Source: Guillardia theta CCMP2712
Lineage: Eukaryota > Protista > Cryptophyta
Length of the DNA stretch: 64,000 nucleotides
Reading direction: 5' to 3'
Assembly: GCF_000315625.1 (NCBI RefSeq)
Contig: NW_005434643.1
Span: forward strand, 1-64,000
Shown here: positions 26,408 to 37,266 of the stretch, in pieces
Numbering within the stretch: position 1 is the stretch's first letter
Layout: each line of letters opens with the position of its first letter
The notes under the pieces: generated by a model
Told to the model about the DNA's origin: nothing
What the model saw: the letters and a program-made list of their open reading frames with translations, nothing else
The model's database searches: none
Translations under genes and position numbers: made by a program

Positions 26408-29400
26408 ATGGTTGCTAGGACCTCAGGGGAGGCTGTCAGTGACAAGGAGAAGGAGTACAAGGCTCTTACGATGCACCTGCTGGATATGAGCGAGGAGCTC
26501 GAGAAGATGGGAGGAGGCGACACCAGGATCTGCCCCCTCAAGGTTGTTGTGCGCGTCCGGCCAGGGAGAGGGGGGAGGAGGGCAGTGCAGACAGAAGGGA
26601 GCGAGGTGAGGGTGCTGGAGGGGAAGGGGAAGGAGGGAGACGGGACGACATGCCGCACGTACAAGATGACAGCAGCGCTACCTGCCAACTCCAGCCAGAA
26701 GGAGTGCTTCCAAGCCACTGCTCTCGTCGCTCTCAACTCCTTATGGGACGGTTTCAACGCATCCGTTGTTGCTGTGGGGCAGACAGGGACGGGGAAGACC
26801 TACAGCTTGTACGGGGATGAGGACGAGAACCTCTCCCTCCTCACTCTCAAGACTCTCTTCGAGAGGATCAGGCAGAGCCACGAGCCCAACGACTTCATAG
26901 TGATGTTGTCTTTGTGGGAGGTCGGTGTCAGCGATGCGAACGATCTGCTTGCTCCTCAGAAGCAGCAGGATGATCGGGGAGGAGGAGCAGGAGACAAGTC
27001 GTTCACTTGTGTCGAGGTTGAGTCCCTCTCCGATGCCATGCAAGTGCTGGAGTACGGTCATTCCCGCAGCTCGAACTGGATTGAGGATGATGAGAAGACC
27101 ATGTTCGTGCCGACATCGAACAGATGCCATTCCTTCATGAGGATCACCCTCTATGACAAGAGGAAGCGAAGGATAAGCTCCCTGCACCTGATCGACCTCG
27201 TTGGTTATGTCCCGCTGAATGGAGCTCGAACAGCTGGTAGGTTTGGATCAAGACTACCAATCTGCCTGACTGGGAAAGCCCGTCTCGTTCCAACCCACCA
27301 CCCCCGCTCTCCCTGATTCCTTCATTCTTCCCTTCAGTCGTCTTGTCACTGCGTTTATCTGACTGACTGATCGCCCGTGCAGAAGTGGCTTTCAACAAGA
27401 AGCAAGTCTACGACCGAGAAAGGAGAATGATGAGTCAACAGCTCATTTCTTTCAATCGCCTGCTAGGTCAGAGTCTGGTGCCTCCTCCTGCCATTCCCTC
27501 CGCTCTCCCCATCCCCTCCCTCCCTAATCCCTCCCTCCCTCCCCTTTCCTTTCTTCCTGTCCCTCTTGCTCCTCCCTTCTTCTCTCCCCCCACCTGCCTC
27601 CACTGTCACTGCATCCTGTGTCCTGACGACTAGAGCAGCTGAGATCTCGTCGAAGCACGAGAGGAGCGGATGCTCCATCAGCACTGTAGGAAGCGACTCG
27701 TGGGTCTCCTCTTCCAGAGACTCGAGGCTGACGCAGGCGATGTCTCCCCTCCTCGCAGGGAACAACCAGACGATCATCCTCTGTACCATCTCGCCCGATG
27801 CTGAGGATCAGCTCGACACGCTCAACTCGCTGCGGTGCTGCCATCGTGCTCTCTGCATCAGCAACGCGTGCCATCGCATCCTCAACATTGACGCTGGCGA
27901 CTTCTCCTCCCTCCCCTCCTCGGAGATTCTTGGAGCTGCTCTCGGGGGGACCAGGGGGCATCACGTGGGGAGGGGAGGGAGTAGAAAGCAGCCTGTTGGA
28001 GGATCGATGCATCAGAAGGTGGCGGAGCTTGAAGATGAAGTCTACCATGCAAGACTTGAGCTCAGCTCGTCAGACAGGAGGAAGGCGATGCCGGAAGAGA
28101 GGAGGAGCGTAGAGGAGAGGAGGAGCATGGAGGAGAGGAACAGGAGGAGAGGAAACAGGAGGAGAGGAAACAGGAGGAGGATCTGAGGAGGAGGATGGGT
28201 GAGCACAAGGCACGAGTGAGGTTCGATCACCGCCAAGTTCCGCAGCGGAGGAAGGAGGGAGGGCCCGATGACAAGGCCTGGCAGGAGGCGTACAGGGAGA
28301 TCTCGTCCATCGACGAGAGCATCCGGAGGAGACATGCAGGACACGAGGAAGAGGATGCGCGAGCCAGCGACGGGTGGAAGAAGCAGAGCCAGCGTAGGAG
28401 CCCAGCTCAACACAACCAGGCACATGGGATGAGGCACGAGGAGGAGGCGAGGAAGGGGCCAGGAGAAAAGTACGCGAGGGACGATGACGAGGCGTACGAG
28501 ATCGAGGAGGAGGATTTTGACGAGGAGGTGGATGAATTGGAGAAGTCTCCAGACGACCTCAGGAACGAGTTCCACCATGTGCTGGACAGAATGAGGAGCA
28601 TGGACTTCCAGGAGGATGGAGCGCGCAGTTACTCCCCCATCCAGATGGAGGGGGAGGAGGAGGAGGAGGAGGAGGGAGGATGGGTCTTCCATGACAGGGA
28701 GGAGGCAGGGCGGCACCAGCATCAGGACGTGAGGGACAACATGCAGCGGGAGGACATCGACCACCAGTACGCAGAGATCGTGCAGAGGATCGCGAAGCAG
28801 GCGAACTTCTCGTCCCTCGACGACGAGCAGGAGGTCCGAGATAGGGAGGAGTTCATCACCCGACAGGAGGTAGGGGGATGCGTCATGCCGTCCGCTCGCT
28901 GACTGGCATGCTGGCAGATCAAGCTCGTGGAGCTGAGGCAAGAGGTCATGGAGCTGAAGCGAAGGCTCAGGCTCGCCATGAGCGAGGGCGGGCAGGAAGA
29001 AGTTTTCAGCGAGTACGAGGCTGAGATCTCCCGACTGAGCCATGCCCTCTCCCAGGTCTCTCTGGCTCCTCCCCCTTCCTGCTGTGCCATCCCCAGCTCT
29101 GCTCCTGTCCTCTCCTCATGGCAAACTCTCCCTTCCTCTCCTCATGGCAAGCTCTCCCTCCCTCACCTTGCATGTCCTCAGTACCCCGCTGTCCTTGTCT
29201 GTCTCCATCCTCTCCCTCACCTCCGCATCTTCACTCTCGGCCCTTTCCAGGCAAGGCAGCAACAGATGGCATCAGATCTGGCGGCCCAGGAAGCCTCCAG
29301 CTTGCAGGCGGGAGATCGAGCTCGAGACATGCGCGACTTCACTCGCAAGAACCTCACGAGGTCAGGAGGAGAGCAGGAGGGGGAGGGGAAGAGAAGGAGG

Positions 29401-30356
29401 GAGAGGGAAAGAGAAAGAGGGAGAGGGAAAGAAAAGGAGGGAGAGGGGAAGAGAGGGAGGCGGGGAAGGGGCAGGTAGGAGGGAGGCTCTGATTTCTTCG
29501 AGCAGGCTGCAGAAGGAGTTTGAGAAAGTTTCCAAGGAGAACGAGAGCCTGCGGAGGGAGAGGAGGACTTTCTTGTCGCAGAAGAAGTTCCTCCAGGACA
29601 TGGTTCGCAAGGCATCGCATCTGCAGCAGGTTTCCCTTCCTCCTCTCCCTTCCCTTCTGCTCCTGCCGCTCCCTCCCCCTCCCCCCCAACCTGATGACCA
29701 CCACCACCTGCTGCTGCTGCTCCTCCTCCTCCTCCTCCTCCATTTCTTCTCGTGCACCTGGTTGACCTCTCATTGTTCCAGGCCCTCAACACCAAGGAGG
29801 ATGAACTCCAGAGAGAGAAGGAGCGGGTGGAGGAGGCACACAAGAAGGCCATCGACCTGCAGTTCGCCCTCGGCGAGGCAAACAGGAAGGAGCAGCTCCT
29901 CAAGGTCTGCCGCCCCCCCCCCCCCCCCCCCTTCTCCTTCCCTTCCCCTGGGCTCACCGGCAGCCTCCTGACGCTGCTGAGCAGGACGAGATGAAACCTC
30001 TCCGCTCCGAGCTCACCAAGCTGGTGGAGGCCAACAGGAGGAGCCAGCGACAGATGAGGACGTTCCGATCCTTCGCTGGTGGGAATTCCTTCCCCGCGTC
30101 CTGCTTCCCTCCCTCCCCGGGCCCCTCCCCTCGTTCCTACACGTTACCACCCCAATCCCCATCTCCTCCTCCTCCTCCTCTTCATATCTGGAACATGTCG
30201 GTGCTTCTCTGATGTATGTTAGATGAGGAGCATCTGAAGCCCAAGGGCAACTTGATCGAGCAGCTCGACAAGCTGGAGCATGAAGTCGGCTTCTTCCGCC
30301 CAAAACTTCTGCCTCGCATCAAGGAACTGCGAGCCGAGATCGAGGCCGCCCTATGA
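26408..30356 (+). CDS. Kinesin-like protein (N-terminal motor + coiled-coil) with degenerate switch motifs
   Basis: LKVVVRVRP, GFNASVVAVGQTGTGKTYSL, SNRCHS, LHLIDLVG, RDSRLTQAMSPLLAGNNQTIILCTISP and DTLNSLR, followed by coiled-coil exons. The 3' end is approximate. Confidence 0.88.
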
Positions 30357-30659
30357 CCGCCAGGTCAAGAAGACTTCTATGCTCTGACCTCATTCCTCCC
30401 TCCAACCCCTCTCCCCGGGCCCTTCCTTTCCCTTTGTCAGTGCCACTCGGCAATGCGTTCACCGGACCGGGACTCTAGTAACGGTACTGACGGGCTGGCA
30501 TGCCGCAGGATACGTTGAAGCAGGAGACTTCGCTGGGGTCCGCCTCCTATCGCCCAAGATCAAGATGTAGATGATACAAGAGGTGAAGTAGATTGAAGTT
30601 TATTATCAAATGACCAGTGAATCGTTCAACAACAAGATCATCACCGTCTCCGTCGGCCC

Positions 30660-31180
30660 CTGACTTTCAGTTACTGACAGTCGGAGCCTCCGAGCCGGCC
30701 TGGCGGCCCGGGCCGGGCCCACTGCACGGCCTAGGCGCCGCAGTGACTGGCCCAGTGGAACCGTCAGACTCGTGACTCTGATTTGTAGACTCGCCTCACT
30801 GTCAGTTCCGAAGTTCTCAAGCCTCCAGTTTTTCAGTGTACCGTGACCCCCCGGGCCCCGGGCCCGGGAACTGCCAGGCCCTCAGTCCGATCTGGCCGCA
30901 CCGAATCTTTTTACTCAACGTCAACCAGCTTGTTAGTCCTTGCAGTGAGGCGGGTCCGCTCGTGCAGCATTTTTTTCCTGCTGTAACGGTCAGCTTCAGC
31001 TTTCATTTGGAAGGGGTGGGGTATCATCACCGGCGACTTGAACCCAGTATTGCTGCAGGAGTAGTACCCTATGATTTATCTTACCTGATGGACTCGAGAT
31101 ATCGTTGAAGTATAGGTAAGGGAGAAGAAATCGAGCAGGACAGCAAGAGGGGTAGTGAGACTTTGACGGGTGGGGTGATG
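30660..31180. other. GC-rich palindromic island 2 plus TACCC tract, upstream of RPS25
   Basis: cccgggcccggg, cactgtcag and gttccgaagttc, followed by ggggtatc, gtaccctat and ggggtagt. Confidence 0.55.
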
Positions 31181-31242
31181 GTCCGTTATCCTCTTTTTTT
31201 TTTTAAAGGCTCTGCTGCGCGTGCGAGATCAGCACAGAGCCC

Positions 31243-32230
31243 ATGGTGAGTGAGCGCGAGCGAGGAGGTCAAAGCATGGCGGCGATGCAGTGTGCGAACA
31301 GTGTGATGGGGATAATGGAGATGATAGTGATGATGGAGATGATGGAAAGGTGTGGGTTTGAACAAGATGTGTCTTGATTTTGTGGTGAGCGACTGGAGAG
31401 ATGTTGGGTTGAGGTTGTCTGCTCTATTGCTATTGCCTAGATTGTGGTTGGGGTTGCTCGTGATCACCTTTGACTTTCATGTGAGTGAGATATTATGCTT
31501 TTGAAAATATCTCTCATATTTCCATGTCAAGATTATTTTTGCGCATATTTCCACGATTGTATCAGATTTCAATCTAGAACGCAACAACAACTCATTGCAG
31601 CGTCATAAATTGGTTGTATTGGTGATGAGTGTTCCCTTTTTTCCTTGGTGTTCTCGCTTCTGTTTTTATGGCACATTGTCAAAGTTGTGTCTATCAGAAC
31701 AAACACAAGCCATGATCAAGAAGCAGTTTTGACAGTGAACAGTGACTTGCGATGTTGGGTTTTGTTCGCTGAATGGCTCTGTGTTTGTGCCGATTTTCCC
31801 TGTGACTGGTGTGATTTCGAACGACGTTGTCCTGCTTTTGGCAACATGTTATCAGAATCCTGACTTGAGGTCGCAGCCGCCTAAGCAGCCGCAGGGCAAG
31901 GGCAAGGCCGATGCGGCCTCGTCCAAGGCTCAGAGTTCCAAGAAGGACGCAGGAGGAGGAAAGGCCAAGAAGAAGAAATGGTCTAAGGGAAAGCAAAAAG
32001 AAAAGTTGAACGCTGCAGTGTTCTTTGACAAGAACTTGTACGAGAAGCTTAAGAAGGAAGTGCCCAGCTACAAGCTCATCACTCCCTCTATTATTTCTGA
32101 GCGCATGAGATGCAATGTCAGTATGGCTCGCCGGGCGATTGTTGATCTTGAGAGCAAGGGGATGATCCGTGCTATCTCGAAGCACGCTAGCCAAAGCATC
32201 TACACTCGCGCATTAGCAGGAGCTGAGTAA
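31243..32230 (+). CDS. RPS25: 40S ribosomal protein S25 (eS25); ATG-only first exon, 631-nt intron 31246-31876
   Basis: PPKQPQ...[63 protein letters not shown]...[11 protein letters not shown]. The ATG at 31243 is followed by a perfect GTGAGT donor and preceded by a pyrimidine tract (31186-31204). Confidence 0.95.
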
Positions 32231-32901
32231 ACAATGAACTTCTGAAAACTCTGAAAAACTATTTTGCACGTGTCTACCTGCTCTTCATGGTCTCCATGCT
32301 CACGAACTCAAAGAACATACACCCAAACGCTTCAATATTGTGCTGTCCAACCGTCTGCATATTGCTCTGGTCATACAGTTTGCCAAAGTGATGGAAAATG
32401 CAGCGTTGAAGGTTTGCGAACTTGATACTTGCCTGAAGTTAGAGGAGCATTGGACACAGCAGCATCTTTCACTGAGCCGAACTAGGATGGGCAAGGCAAG
32501 CTGCATAACGCCAATATCCACTGACATCTTCGATTGCTCTGACCCTTCCTGACTGTAGAATAATCCTCAGGCCTGAGGCTTTGAAGGTGGCTAGGCCGCG
32601 GGTGTTGCGTGTGCCGACAGTTTGGCCCAAGCTATGTTACACAGTGCGGCAAACTCTTCAAGGGTTGAACGAGATAACAAGACAAAGCCTTGGAAATGAA
32701 GCAAGAGGAGAAGAGACCTACTACTAGCCTAGCAAGCTCTCAGTGCAACCGTAGTTACTAGTTGACTTGTTCGCATTTCAGATGCCCCTTCAGATATTTA
32801 AGCAATTATACTGATGCGGGCTTATTAGAGGTATCTACAAGCCCCCCTCAGAACAATAAAGGGAAACTGCAGTAAGACACCGATTACTGAAAGGGCAGAC
32901 G

Positions 32902-34690
32902 ATGGCGTGGGGGCGTGTGAGCGCCGTCGCATGCATCATGCTGATGGCAGCGGCGCTGGGAGGTTATCACATGATGATGAAGAGGTTTGAGCAAGACGCT
33001 CTTGCTTCCTCTCAGTGCGAGAAGAATGCGACAGCAGCGAAAGATCTGCAGCAGGAGAACGCGCGGCTGGTTGCTAAACTGGACAAATTGACGAAGCAGT
33101 ACCAGAAGCTCTTGACTTACATGAAGGAGAAGTGCGACATGGGGGGAGGGGACCCTACCGGAAAAATGAGCTCATTATGCAGCACGGAGCTGGACGTGTG
33201 CAAGGGGAACCTTGTTGAGGCTCGCGCAGAGCTGAAAGCTTGCAGTGGTTATGCAGAGAAGATAGATGATAAGAATTTACAACTCAAGCAGAACCTTACC
33301 AAGGTGGTAGAACGTGCTATAATCCTTGCTGATGTCAATTCTGACAAACTGAAAGATCAAAGAAGTGGACAAGCGAATGCTCGGAGAGACAGGAGCATTG
33401 ATCGATAAACTCATGAGATCCAATTTTTCCAGAGCAGAGAAGGTGAGCACGTGCATCATGATTTTTGAGTGACTTTGATGGTATTGACAGGATAAAAGAC
33501 TCAAATCGATGATCGAGAAGAATCTTGATGATGAAGAGAGCCAACTAAGTAGTATCTTCAAGAGCAACGGGATCAATCTGGGCAGGTGGCAACAAAAATC
33601 ACTTGCCCTCCACTGATGGCCATCTGGCAAACAAACAGGAAAAACATTGATTTCCTTTCTAAACTCTCGAAAAATCGCTCGACCAGCGAGAACAACTTCT
33701 CAAAGGTAGCACATTCTCCACTTCCGCACGAGCCTGAAAAAGTATCAGCTTACCAACGCGACTAGCCTCGTCTTGAACGGTGGCAAAGACGGCAAGGTTT
33801 CGAAATACTTTTGTTCTTTGATCATCATTCAAGCAACTGACTGTAAAAATGCTGAATTCAGTTCAAAATTCAGCTCAACCTTGGAAATGGGAGCAAAGTG
33901 GACGTGAAGAAATTGAGAGACGTTCTTCCATCCATCTTGAAGGTAACTCGCTCTCTATGAACCCGCATAGGATGACTTGCCTTACCTTATCAGTCGCTGC
34001 CCCTCCCTCTACAGCCATTAGCTAGACAGGTTTCATTGTTATTCTCGCCCCTTCAGGCCGTGAAGAGAGGACGTTTAGCTCCAGAGTGACGTCAAGAAGC
34101 ATCAGCAAGAACTGAAAGTTCTCGATGGCCCAAGGAGGAAGGTACGGGCGTTCTCTCGACTTGTAGCATGTCTTGACGGATTTTGCTGACCTTGCATGAT
34201 AGAAATCAAAAGTGGACACCCGGCCAGACCCTGCCGAAATCTTCCGTGGGATGATGCAGAATTTCCCGAGCTCGATGATTGCGAATCACCCGGTGTTCTC
34301 CCGGATGGGAGGTCTGCCCTTCGTTGCTTTGCCCGAGCTATAGTGACCCTCATGGTTTCTGCAGGACTCTTTCCTTCCCGTGGAAGAAATCCTGACGATC
34401 CTGCGAGGGGGGAACCTTTCAACCCGTTCTCCAGGATGCAGAGAGCTCGTGGTGATGATGATGACGAGGAGGACGATGACAAAGTCAGGCGCTCTAGAAT
34501 TTCCCTGCCGTTTCCGGCAGCACGATCTCCGTTCCAGGATCGATCATCTCCCATGTTCCCTTCGTTTCCAGGTCATCTTCGCCCTCCTTTCCAGGTGCTG
34601 CAATTGTGCGCTGCTCTCCGACTCGCTTGTCTGACTGCTCGCATGAAAATTCTCTCCTCCCCCCCTTCTTCCCGTGTTGCAGAATGACGA
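32902..34690 (+). CDS. Hypothetical type II membrane/secreted coiled-coil protein, multi-exon
   Basis: N-terminal hydrophobic segment (VSAVACIMLMAAALGGY), then a Cys-spaced coiled coil and several short GT-AG introns. The 3' end is uncertain. Confidence 0.55.
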
Positions 34691-34839
34691 CGATAACGAC
34701 TAAAGTGCTGAGGGCTGATGTGCGGCATGCCGCTGCCGCCGAGCCTCCGTCGAGCAGCGTCGGACGGCTCCACGGAATGTCGGAGTCTGCCGACTCTGAC
34801 GTGGTCTGTCGAGTTTCAGCTCGGACTCACCGCGGACTC

Positions 34840-36160
34840 CAGCGGCCGCGCATCACCCGGCCGGAGCCAGGCTGTCAACCGGCCGCACTGCTGAGGCACT
34901 GCCGCAGTGTATCCACGCATGGCAGCGGTGGATGATCATCCGGCGGACGGGGATCCGACCGAACCCGGTTCGATTTCGACGAGGCCCACCCGGTCGAGCG
35001 GCGGTCACCGCGGGCCGGCGCCTCTGCGGCCCGGTGCTCAGGGTCGGGCCCGGCGCCGAAATCATGAAGCCACCCGGCCCCCGGGCCGTCCAATGACGGG
35101 CCCAGGCTCGTGACGGTGACCGTTGCTAGCCGCGGCCCGCCCTAGTAGCCGGCCGGGGCCGGCACTGTCAGGCCCGTTAGTGTGGCGGCCGCTGAGCCGC
35201 CGCAGCCACTGAGGCCGCGCAGTGCCAGGACAGCGCCGGCGCAGTACTACTGTAACCGGGCCAGTAAAGTTTATCATGAAGTCAGTCCCGTACCGGGTGC
35301 CACCGCCCGGCCCGTCCGAGTGATCCGGGAGCCGCAGCAGGCGCGGCCGTCCCGGGCCAGCGCCGGGCCGCCGCGGCCCGCGCCACGCGGCCGCACTGCG
35401 CGGCGCCACCCGGTGAACTTGTGCTCCGTCCGATCGCAGTGCCACGGCCCGGCGGAGTCACCGAGTCCGATGGTCGGGCCCCGGGCTCAGTGAGCGCGCC
35501 GGGCCGGGGCGCGGCCGCCTGCCACGGTGCCACGGTGACTGGCCCACTGCACTGCAGCCTGAGGCCCGGCGGCCCGTGAAACTGCCCGGATCGGAACTTT
35601 GAAGTTCCCGCCGCGGCGACTTGACCGTACCGTACCGTGACGGAAGTTCCGGGGCCGGAGTCCCGTCGGAAATGGAAGTAACTTAGCTCAGCCAACCGTT
35701 AGGGCGGCAGGCTGAACGGACTCGGACGGTCATGATTCATCCGGCGAGCCGGGGCTCTGAGCGGACTCCCGAGCTACGAGTCCGGGACCGCGGCGTACTA
35801 GGCTGCGCGGCGGCGGCGCCGGGCGGAAGCGTGTAACTTTGAGTAACTGAAGAAGCATCATCTGAGTACTCATGATGAGCGCTTCCCCGGGCTGGCAGAT
35901 GATCGGATCATATGGCTATCCGGCGCCGCCGCCGCCGAGTCGGCCCGGCACCCATCTGATCACCGTGTGATGCGCCGCCCGCCGCGCGGGATGATGATGC
36001 GGCGCCGCCTGCCGCGCGCCTCAGGCGGCCCGGCTTGTCTTGCCAGCCCGGCCGGGCGGGCCTCGCCGCGGCCGCGACACTACCGTCACTGCCAGGCTGT
36101 CAGTGCCACCGTACGGCACTGCACCCGGTCTGAATCCACTCGGATTCAAAGGCTATAGCC
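34840..36160. other. GC-rich palindromic island 3 (1.3 kb) upstream of the phytochrome
   Basis: Very GC-rich, built of ccgg/ggcc/gatc/gtac/gactc/aagttc words. Its ORFs are Ala/Arg/Gly/Pro-rich artefacts. Confidence 0.65.
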
Positions 36161-37266
36161 TTTGACCAGGCTCAGTGATTTTTACTCAAAGTTAAGTTAA
36201 AAATGATAGTGACTGGCCTAAATCCGAATCCGATGATCAGGGATATGCTGAAATATTGTCGGATATTTTGAAAATTTGAGTGATTTGACACTCAAATTCG
36301 TTTCGACTCCTCGCAGTATATATATTAAAAGTAAACTTTTAAAACTTGTACCAATACGCTAGCCAGTGCAATAATACCGTCGAGTCGATAATAAATGTTT
36401 TTAATTATAAGAGTTTTTATTCGGAGTAGATTCCGTCGCTTTGTAGTTCGAAGGTTGCAATATCACAACGTTTGGTGATGGAGGCCGGATGAGATTGTAT
36501 GAGGTTCGGTGAGCCCCAGCGACCCCTGCTTGAGTATAAACTCTTGAAGGGATATAGTCAAATGGATGTAATAATTTTGACAGTCCGCGCATGAATCCAA
36601 TCTTCTCCAATCAAATCTTCAAAATGCCCTCATTTTGTCAAATTTACATATTCAATTATGACTGTTGAGCGTAAAATGTGTTTGATGTAGCACCTCTTGC
36701 GCAAAATCTCTTTTTCCGAAGACCCCCTCTTCTGACCGATTTTTCGTAAATCGGGGGTCCAAAATCACACACCGGTTGTAGTCAACTTTTAAGTCAAATC
36801 TAGTCTACTTTAGAATCATTCTTGCTAAAATCAGCTGATTCTACTTGCTTTTCGTTTAACCAACCGCGCGACGGTCGCATCGTCATGGCGCGAGAAGAGG
36901 ATAGGATCTAGGCGGAGGATTTATGAGGCTGGAAGAAGGAAATGGCTGAAGTTTGGTCAACCTGACAAAGAATCTGTCTTCCTCCTGACTTAGTCTCTTC
37001 TCGTGGATGATTGTGCGCATGAAATATGATTGAGAGTCCGAAGATATGGCCAGTTGCAACCCTTGAAATGAGATTACGCTAGGACCTGGCAAGACTTAGA
37101 GTTTGCATACAGATGTAGTGAGTCCACTTGAATTGCAGTGGACATCTTAGACCTCTTATTACGCTGATTGACTGACGATTTTTCTGAGCAGTTTTACTGT
37201 TGAAATATCACCTGCAGCTTGACGCAGTTTGCTACTCTGTGAAGTCGAATCGGACAGACCACGGAA

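Noticed and set aside
34853-36158. Ala/Arg/Gly/Pro-rich ORFs in the GC islands (also 55322-56099)
   Set aside because: Stop-codon scarcity in very GC-rich DNA explains them. They overlap on both strands and have no motifs.
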